DNA from: a virus
Strand: one strand, 5' to 3'
DNA length: 64,000 bases
Virus record (IMG/VR): IMGVR_UViG_3300042317_001497
The position numbers and the translations under genes are program-made. Positions 56,409 to 64,000 of the stretch are shown here, in pieces. The notes beneath the pieces were generated by a model, which did not search any database, was not told the origin of the DNA, and saw only the letters and a list, made by a program, of their open reading frames with translations. Every line of letters starts with the position of its first letter. Positions within the stretch are counted from its first letter, which is position 1.

Positions 56409-57356
56409 ATGCCTGCTATGGTCGAAAAGATGATGTTTGTTGGTGCTACCCCTTGGCATGGTGAGGGTACGCAGCTCGATGAGAATCCCTCTATTTCTGA
56501 GGCGATTACCGCTGCTGGTCTGGATTGGGAAGTTGGTACGAAGCCGTTGTTTACGTCGGAAGGCGAGGAAGTCAACGCCAAGGCGACTTTCCGTAAGACC
56601 GATAATAGGGTGCTGGGAGTTGTGGGTCCGCGTTATACCCCTCTCCAGAATCAAGATGCTTTTGATTGGTTCCAGCCGTTTCTGGACGCTGGCGAGTGCC
56701 AACTGCACACCGCCGGTTCGCTCAGTGAGGGCGAGAAGGTTTGGGTGTTGGCTCAACTCAATCGTGCGAACAGCGAAATTGTTCCCGGCGATGAGGTGAG
56801 CAAGTTTATCCTGCTGAGTAACAGCCACGACGGTACAACGTCGATCCGCGTCGGATATACTCCGATCCGCGTGGTCTGCGTGAATACTCTCGCTGCTGCC
56901 CACTCCAACAAGGACAGCCAGTTGATTCGGATTCGTCACACACGCTCCAGCAAGACCAATCTGGATAACGTGCGAGACATCATGGATAATATCAACGTGC
57001 AGTTCGAGGCGACTGCGGAACAGTATAGGTTCCTCGCCTCTAAGGATTTCAATCAGAACGATATTCGTAAGTATGTCAAGATTCTGCTGGGGATTGATAA
57101 GACCCCGGACGAAGATATCAAGACTCGTACCCGCAATATCATGGATGAAATCTTGACGCTTGTGGAAGGCCCGAAGCAGAGTGCTACGAATGTTCGTGGA
57201 ACATGGTGGGCTGCCTATAATGGCTTCAATGAGTATCTGAACTATAGCAAGGGTCGCACGGTGAGCAATCGCCTCGACTCACTCTGGTTCGGACAGAATG
57301 GGGTTGATAACGTCAAGGCACTCAATACCGCAGTGGAGTTTGCGAACGCCGTCTGA
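56409..57356 (+). CDS. DUF932 / TIGR03299-like phage-plasmid protein
   Basis: PWHGEG...AGLDWEV...LGVVGPRYTPLQN...TAGSLSEG...NSHDG...TPIRVVCVNTL...IRHT; start reassigned to ATG 56409. Confidence 0.85.
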   Translation: MPAMVEKMMFVGATPWHGEGTQLDENPSISEAITAAGLDWEVGTKPLFTSEGEEVNAKATFRKTDNRVLGVVGPRYTPLQNQDAFDWFQPFLDAGECQLHTAGSLSEGEKVWVLAQLNRANSEIVPGDEVSKFILLSNSHDGTTSIRVGYTPIRVVCVNTLAAAHSNKDSQLIRIRHTRSSKTNLDNVRDIMDNINVQFEATAEQYRFLASKDFNQNDIRKYVKILLGIDKTPDEDIKTRTRNIMDEILTLVEGPKQSATNVRGTWWAAYNGFNEYLNYSKGRTVSNRLDSLWFGQNGVDNVKALNTAVEFANAV

Positions 57357-57381
57357 TCTTTTCGTGTCACGATGAAAAGGG

Positions 57382-57422
57382 GGAGGGCCGCGGCTGGGAA
57401 ACTGGCTGCGGCCTTCTCTTTT
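57382..57422 (+). terminator. Probable terminator after the DUF932 gene
   Basis: GAGGGCCGCGGC...GCTGCGGCCTTC stem followed by a T-rich tail. Confidence 0.6.
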
Positions 57423-57447
57423 GGTTGCTGCGAAACGGTTCACTAGA

Positions 57448-57529
57448 CGTAAGTACTTGCAACATAAGGACTTACGGCGAACCGGGCCGCGAAATTTTGT
57501 CGTAACTTTAGTATTCATAAGGACTTACG
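57448..57529. repeat. Double-palindrome element A17
   Basis: cgtaagtacttgcaacataaggacttacg + 24 bp + cgtaactttagtattcataaggacttacg. Confidence 0.9.
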
Positions 57530-58011
57530 TCAAAAAAACTGTAGACAAGCACGGCAAATTCCGATATACTGTAGGGGGAGTAGACGTAAGGTATTGGTAT
57601 GAAAGAAGTTAGGGTAAGATTATTAAAATAGATTGTATAAAATCATATTATGATTGTCTTATCTAATCCACCGGATTTGCTGGTCTTGTTGATAGTCAGC
57701 CAAAAGTTAGGATCATTAGATTCTTTGATGATTCTAAGTCTATGATACTAAACGAGTTGCGACGAGTCCTCTCGTATGGTATACTAGTGGTATGGGAGAG
57801 TATGAGTTATTCTAATAATAGTTTTGAGATAAAGTCTCAATATTAAATTATTGTTAGATAGTTATAATCTCTACTATTTTGATAAGCTTAAGTATAGTCT
57901 GGCTTTATATGGGGCCACTTTGTTTTGTCTCAGCTTATCTTACGGATTTGCGGTCTTGGCGATAGTCAGCACGAATTCTTGGTCTATTAATTATGCAGGA
58001 GAAAATGAAAT

Positions 58012-58536
58012 ATGTCCAGAAAAGATGATCTGATTAAAAGCATGAACTATTGTATAGAGTGTGCTAAGATGAGAATACAATGGTATATGGAGACTGGTAC
58101 TATGAGGTATCTTAATGAGGGAAGTGATTATTTGAGTGTTGCTAATCTTTATGTTAAAGAAATTAATAATGAGTTGAGTGGGAATTATCATATGAATCTT
58201 AGTAATGAGAAGGCTGGGGAATTTGTATGAATAAAATACTGTGCATTATAATGTTACTAATTTCCCTTGTTGTGAGTAGAAACTATAGGTATAAATGTAA
58301 TACTTGTTATCTTATTTTTGAATATGGTGAACAAGGTACTAAAATTTGTCCTAGGGATGGGTCTTTTATGGTTCCTGATTATGAGGTTAATTATGCAAAT
58401 AGATATAAGTAAACAAGAGGCATGGAAACTACTAGACGCTATAAAGAACTATGTTAGTGATTATACTGTTGCTAAACCTGTTACTAAACTTTTAGATAGT
58501 GTTACTAAAAAACTCGAGAAAATTGTTCATGAGTAA
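58012..58536 (+). CDS. Three small hypothetical ORFs (58012-58230; 58227-58412 with CxxC..CP zinc ribbon; 58393-58536)
   Basis: Coupled junctions. Confidence 0.55.
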
Positions 58537-58933
58537 AGATCAAAAAACCTCAACCGTGGCAGTTATAGATTCCTATAAAAAGTTATTAATTTTACGTCGT
58601 GGAAAATCTGCTCCATGGATGCCCGGCCGATATTGTTTGCCCGGTGGTCATGTTGAACCTAATGAAGATAACTCCTCTGCTGCTATTAGAGAATTAAATG
58701 AAGAAACTGGAATAAGTTATCCTATTGAAAATCTTAAGACTATTACTATTAACTACTCTAGTGGATATTCTAAAACTGTATGGATAGCAAATGTAGATAT
58801 CAACAATGTATCATTGAACTGGGAGCATGATCATTATCTTTGGGTATCGTCCATGGAATCCTTTCTGGTAAGCTTGGTGCCGGGTCTGGGGACTACTATT
58901 AAAACTCTTAGTGATTCCGGCCATCTGATCTAA
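58529..58933 (+). CDS. Nudix hydrolase
   Basis: Nudix box GGHVEPNEDNSSAAIRELNEETG; start reassigned to ATG 58529. Confidence 0.9.
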   Translation: MSKDQKTSTVAVIDSYKKLLILRRGKSAPWMPGRYCLPGGHVEPNEDNSSAAIRELNEETGISYPIENLKTITINYSSGYSKTVWIANVDINNVSLNWEHDHYLWVSSMESFLVSLVPGLGTTIKTLSDSGHLI

Positions 58934-58957
58934 ATCCTTTAAACTCAAGGGGTTGCG
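58929..58957. repeat. Solo degenerate A-type palindrome
   Basis: tctaaat-c-ctt-taaactc-aag-g-ggttgcg, immediately after the Nudix gene stop. Confidence 0.4.
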
Positions 58958-59465
58958 GCGACCGATAGGTATGGTATACTGGTAGAGTGGGAGGTTGGTT
59001 TTATTCTAACTTCCAAGTTTTCTTTTGTCAACCAATGAACGGAGGATTTTATTTTCTTTTCAATCGCTATCTGTTTTAGTATTGCTCTTGGTTGTGTTAG
59101 TGGTTTGCGTGGCTGATAAGTAGTTATTATAGAAGCTAAGAGTCTATAGGTCCAACATAGATAGACCAGATAAAGTATCTAATTAGTACTCTTAGTATAT
59201 AGTATAACCTCCACCCGCTGCATAATTATATTCTATTTCTATGTTTTGTCAAGCAACCAAATTTTTGTATTATCGACATATCCGTAGTCGGACAATTGAT
59301 GAGGTCTCTTTAAAAAATTGTTAAGATATTGATTTGTTTGTTATCTCACCATCTGGTATAATGATCTAGTCAACGGAGCCAAATGTTAAACGTCTTGTGA
59401 GCAAAGACGAAGAACAATTGGAATCATGGGCAAAAGTGTTTTTAACTTTAACCATGAGGTGATTT

Positions 59466-60018
59466 ATGCGTGCTAGATATATTAGTGAGGTTAATCGTAA
59501 GGAAATTCAAAGAAAGTATATTGATCAGATACTTGGCGAAATGGATTTCATGCAGATTAAAGACTCTTTACGAGATTATCTAAGTAAAGAAAAGGATAAG
59601 TCTGGAAACTATTCTTTGGAATGTGAGATAAGAAAAGAAATTCCAGAACTGTTAGTAGATAATTGGCAAGACTTTGATAAGCCTGCTACCTTAGCCAAAA
59701 GGAAAGATAAGCATTATCATCTAGACGATCCTTCAACACAGGAGGAACTACATCATGCCTAGAACTTTTAGAAGAATAATTTCTTTTGAAGTAGAGGGTG
59801 AAATTTATGATAACTCTACATCAGCAGAAGATATTCTATTAAACTATAACTGGAACTTTAAAGGATTCCACGATAATCATGAAGATAAATGTTTCTTAGA
59901 ATCATCTCATGATGATCGTCGTGGCCGTATTACTAAAGTTATTAGAAAAGATAAAATTAGTAAAACGCATAGAGCAGATACAGAAACTTTTACAGTTAAT
60001 ACATTAGGTGCTTTATGA
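59466..60018 (+). CDS. Two hypothetical ORFs (59466-59762, 59755-60018)
   Basis: GAGG RBS; overlapping junction. Confidence 0.65.
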
Positions 60019-60321
60019 TTACATTACCAGTAGAGTATTGGTTTGTTGGTATTTTCATATTGTTAAGTTTGTTAACATGGATTGGATATAAATATTTTTA
60101 TCTTACTCAAAATTTTAATCCATAATCCATAATTAACTATATTTAGTCTAACCGATCCGGGCATTAGTCTCAGCTAATGTGCCGGATTTGGTTTTTTTGG
60201 TTGTAGTCAGCGAGATTGTAGGCCCCTTAAGAAATTTGTAGTTGACCCTTGAAACTGTATTCCTACTATAGAACATAAATCGGTCGCATGGACGCGACAT
60301 ACTTTAACAGGAGAAAAGTTT

Positions 60322-60537
60322 ATGATGAAGTTTGCGCTTGTGATTGCTCTTATGTTACTTGGCTCGTCAACTTATGCTGGTGAGTGTGTTAATGGTAATT
60401 GTACACTTCGTAGTCGAACTGTCAATGTTACAAGAGAACTAGTCTCAGTTCCAGTAACAGTAACACGCCGAACTGTTGAGGCTACTCGTAATTTTGGTCG
60501 TAGAACTGTGGCCCGCGTTCGTAGTGTTGTTCGTTGA
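60322..60537 (+). CDS. Secreted Arg/Val/Thr-rich small protein (Planctomycete-style)
   Basis: Signal peptide, then GECVNGNC, then a basic tail. Confidence 0.7.
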   Translation: MMKFALVIALMLLGSSTYAGECVNGNCTLRSRTVNVTRELVSVPVTVTRRTVEATRNFGRRTVARVRSVVR

Positions 60538-60603
60538 TTAATAGAAAGAGATCCGGCCGGACTTTTTCTTATCTATAATTAATTTTTCAAGGAAGGAACT
60601 TTT

Positions 60604-60930
60604 ATGATTAGATTAGTACTATTGGTGGCATTATGCCTTTGTTCTTCAGTTGGTTATAGTCAGAATATAGTTTATAGTCAGGGTAAATATTACTCCTATT
60701 CCTCATATCAACCATCAACATCATCTGCTCAAGGTGTTGCCGAAATTCAGGCCCGCCGAAATAGCATGGGACATTGTGGTGGAAATAATGGATATGAAGG
60801 AGTTGGTTTTAGTAGTGTAAGTTCTGATGCTGCTATTAGAAACTGTTGTTACTGGGGACAAAAGACTCCAGTAGAAATAGGAGTAGCTAAAGGTAGGAGT
60901 GGATGGTATGCTTGTGTAAGATATAGGTGA
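60604..60930 (+). CDS. Secreted small protein, possible minimal CAP/SCP-like domain
   Basis: Signal peptide; MGHCGG..YEGVG...CCYWG...GVAKG..GWYACVRY. Confidence 0.65.
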   Translation: MIRLVLLVALCLCSSVGYSQNIVYSQGKYYSYSSYQPSTSSAQGVAEIQARRNSMGHCGGNNGYEGVGFSSVSSDAAIRNCCYWGQKTPVEIGVAKGRSGWYACVRYR

Positions 60931-61451
60931 TTGTTTTACCTGAACATTCAGGGTTGGATTTTATGGATACAGTCAGTCAAAAATACTTTATAAGACTAGA
61001 TAAACAAATATCATGTGATCTTATATGCTCTCAGGTACAAAATTTAGTGACTAAATTCCAGAAATCCTTTCCTGATGTATCAGATAGTTTTATTAGTTTA
61101 GAAATAAAAAAAGTTAATCATAGTGTAGATAATATTTTATTGTTAGAACATCATAGTCCCACCTAAACCAGCAGATTTGGTTTAAGTGGTTATAGTCAGC
61201 GAGAATTAAATATGAATAAAAAGAAACCCAAGTCTGATTCTTCTAAGCCTAAAAAGAAAACAACCCCCAAAAAGAGTTGTGGTAAGAAGTGTGGTAAGAA
61301 TAATTGTTTATCAAAAGATGAAGCTCAGAAAATTTGTAACAATAAACTACCCACCTTGAAAAGCGAAGAAATAATTCTACAACCAGAGAGCAAAGCCAAC
61401 TATCTTCTTGGACTAATTAAAAAGGCTTTTGGTTATGGTTCAGATACTTAA
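60927..61451 (+). CDS. Two hypothetical ORFs (60927-61166; 61212-61451, Lys-rich)
   Basis: ORF track; repeat B7 lies between them. Confidence 0.55.
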
Positions 61452-62485
61452 TCTTTTAGGTTTTCTAGTCTTGTCTGTAATATTAGTTGAAACAACAATA
61501 TATTTTTGTCATAAATTTTTTATAGACCATAATAATCCGCCCCCAAAATAAAATGACTATTATCGAAATTTTAGCCATAGCTGTTGGATGCTCAATAATA
61601 ATTAGCATTATTGCTTTTGCTCTTCTTATAAGCTATTATGATCCTAATGGATCAAGCTCCAGAGATATTAATGGATATAAGAAATGATAAGTTTATTTTT
61701 TCAGAATACAGTAGTAAGTAGACCACTACTACCAACATTCATTCATGATGACTTATCACGAATAGTAATAAGTATAATTGGAATTTTCTTGTTGGCCTAT
61801 ATTTTCAAAAGGATAGCGGACTATTATAATGCTTAATAATGATCCTCTTATATTATATGGCCCAGAGATTATTCTTTCCTGCACCATACTACATTGGGCA
61901 TTAGTTAGCTATTTACAAGATTATCTTTATGAGGACGATAATTATGACCAAAAGAAAAATTAATGAATTTCATGTGCCTTTTATCAAAGAACTAGTATTT
62001 GTGGGCCTAATTACAATAGTTTCTATGGTTTCTGTGCATTTTTTAATGAAAAAAGAGATATTTAATACATCAAATTCCACCATATATACCTCTCAAGAAT
62101 CCCAGATACTATCCAAGTAAGGGTTTATTAAGCTAATACGCTCTGTTTTATGGCTTAATCAATTAAAATTCACTTATTATCTTATCCGGTGGTGAAAAAT
62201 AGATTAAAGGCCACAATGGGAAATGGCCGATAAACCCTCTTGACAACCTCTATGGTTTCTGGTATACTAGCTACTACTGGTAATGGGAATATTTATAAGA
62301 GGTATAGTGAAAAATGTATAAGAATGTATTGTTGACCGATAAAGAAATAGCCCTTCTCAAGAGTGTTATTAATCAAACTCTACATGAGAAAATGAGCATT
62401 GACCGTAATAATTTGACCATTATTCTTAACCGTCTTAGAGGTATTCAACCCACAAAAACATATAATCAGAGTATCAATTAGGGAA

Positions 62486-63349
62486 ATGAACCCACAAATG
62501 AACACTAAATCAAACAAGCATCATAAATCTAATATCAAAAAGGGTCATCAATCCAAAAATCAATATCAAATTGATCATGATCTATCTTTAATCATAGATA
62601 AAATCTCTCTAAAGAATGGGGAGATGTTTAGGGTGGACTTTTGGGATAATGGTGATATTCTTAATGATTATATATTGGATATGAACAGGGAAACTCTAAA
62701 GGGAATGGCCGATTTTATTTATAAAATTCTTGAAGAAGAAAAGAAATGAGTAGCTATATACCTAAACAGAATATTTTTGATGGTGAATATTTTGATCTTG
62801 CTATAGAGCGTGATCGTTTCGGTGGATATTCTGATAACTTAACCAGTTATGAGTATGGTATGGTCTTTAGAACAAACAAGAAGCATAATGTAATCAATCC
62901 ACCAACCACAAAAGAAGAATTACTAGCACTAGCGGATTTTATATATGATACTGTTGGAGAATAAATAATGAGTAACGAACTTAAAGAGACTATACAAACT
63001 TTTTTGACCGTTTATGAACAGGCTAATGAAATGCCTATTCTTAGGCCAATGAGTCATAATCAACGTAGTTATCTTTTGAGTATTGCTGTTGATATTTTAA
63101 CAATCTTGGAGAAAAATAATGACCAAGTTTGAACTTTCATGGAAAAGCGAAAAGTATCAAAATAACTCAATCGTCAAAGAGAAGATTGATGCTTTGTGTT
63201 TTGAAGATGTTGCAGATGAGTGGTTTAAGCGATTGGCCGATATTGGTCTATCTGAAAACGATTGTTGGTGGAAAATTATCTCAGTTGTTACAAACCATGT
63301 ATGTGTTGAGATGAATCCCGGTATGAAATGTATTGTTCGTGGGTGGTAA
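62486..63349 (+). CDS. Run of small coupled hypothetical ORFs (62486-62749, 62746-62964, 63119-63349 and others)
   Basis: Repeated GGAGAA(T/A)AAATAATG junctions; the first two share a C-terminal ADFIY motif. Confidence 0.6.
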
Positions 63350-64000
63350 TTAAATAAGAGATGAACAATGAACATTAATCTTGATAAGCATGAAATTGGC
63401 CTAATTCTTGACTCTCTGGAAAGTTACCAACTTGATATTGAGCATGGTAATGATAATGGTTGTAAATATCTTTGGACTGAAACTGATGTGGAAAATTTGA
63501 CTAAATATCTGAATGGTATACTGGAGAATAAATAATGAACTCAAAGACAGAATCAGAAACTTTATTGTGAGTTGGGATAATACTATTAATGATGAGTCTA
63601 TGGGATTGGCCGATTATGATTTATTTTTAGAAACGGCAATTAGTCTTCTAGAAGAAACTATTGAGGAAAAATAAATGACTACTAAGTTAAGTTACGAAGA
63701 TTTTAAGAACCAATATATAGCAAAAATTCCTTATGAAACAATATCTCAAATAGAGAAACTACACTATATAAAAGATTTAACAAAAAAAATTATTGAAGAA
63801 GAGATATTGAATCAATACAATAATTACTTGAATGAATCTATTGGGGAAAAATAAATGAACAGACCACAAACTAAAATGGAACTTTATGGAGTTCCTCAAG
63901 GTAATGAACTTGTTTGGGGGCGATTAATTCTTAGACAAACTGAAACTCACAAGTTTAAAAAGATCGCCTATTTTGACAACTATCTTGATGCTAATAATGC

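Larger units (their letters stand above)
44234..61200 (+). repeat. Repeat family B: 7 dispersed ~40-47 bp copies (44234-44280, 48397-48434, 51087-51125, 57662-57700, 57927-57970, 60165-60211, 61154-61200)
   Basis: Consensus TRGTCYYRSCTAATCC-NNN-GGATTTG-N~11-KATAGTCAGC, aligned by eye. Confidence 0.75.
39882..62268 (+). promoter_or_regulatory. More than 25 near-consensus sigma70 early promoters
   Basis: Examples with TTGACA-N16-18-TAGAAT/TATAAT/TATACT/TAGGAT: 40168-40197, 45515-45543, 47936-47964, 49001-49028, 49177-49205, 49648-49675, 50958-50986, 55426-55454, 56337-56365. Each lies upstream of a purine-rich leader and a short ORF or tRNA. Confidence 0.85.

Noticed and set aside
39717-57529. 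The 29-24-29 bp units as CRISPR mini-arrays or CRISPR mimics
   Set aside because: The two repeats in a unit differ in their 7-bp cores, the 24-bp spacers share a GC-rich consensus across units, no unit has a third repeat, and no cas genes are present.
39717-57529. The units as classical integron attC sites
   Set aside because: They lack consistent RYYYAAC/GTTRRRY ends and extrahelical-base geometry, long-range pairing does not covary, and no intI is in the window. The integron comparison is architectural only.
39717-57529. The units as intrinsic terminators
   Set aside because: The stems are mismatched and AT-rich, there is no U-tract on the plus strand, and invariant 53-bp phasing is not expected for terminators.
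59039-59116. Hydrophobic peptide plus antisense promoter as a type I toxin-antitoxin
   Set aside because: The hydrophobic frame has no ATG, GTG or TTG start (a TGA directly precedes it).
1-64000. Stop-codon recoding (alternative genetic code)
   Set aside because: Long genes are intact in code 11, TAA, TAG and TGA all act as stops, and no suppressor tRNA was found.

Overview
This window is a 64-kb fragment of a large, AT-rich tailed dsDNA phage genome read in the standard genetic code. The host is probably a planctomycete, inferred from a Planctomycete-type export motif and Planctomycete-style small secreted proteins. The left part (1-37626, minus strand) is the late morphogenesis module. In order of transcription it encodes a sigma-like factor, gmd, HNH and ERCC4 nucleases, terminase, portal, protease/scaffold, decoration protein, major capsid, fibre proteins (including a GC-rich swapped BspA/DUF285 module), neck and tail genes, and a giant tape-measure protein. 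That tape-measure ORF is at least 4381 codons, is absent from the supplied ORF track, and carries enzyme-like cargo domains. The right part (37716-64000, plus strand) has a subtilase followed by an early/accessory region of tiny ORFs, 10 tRNA genes, one tRNA-like RNA and several candidate ncRNAs. The most striking feature is a set of 17 copies (39717-57529) of an 82-bp element. Each copy is two 29-bp 11-7-11 palindromes (consensus CGTAAGTnCTT-N7-AAGnACTTACG) separated by exactly 24 bp, and each sits at a boundary between promoter-ORF/tRNA cassettes. Six of the first seven copies also carry an antisense sigma54-type promoter. The layout resembles an integron-like or recombinase/operator-based cassette array, but no recombinase is visible in the window, so its function is unproven. 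All motif and family calls were made by eye without database searches.
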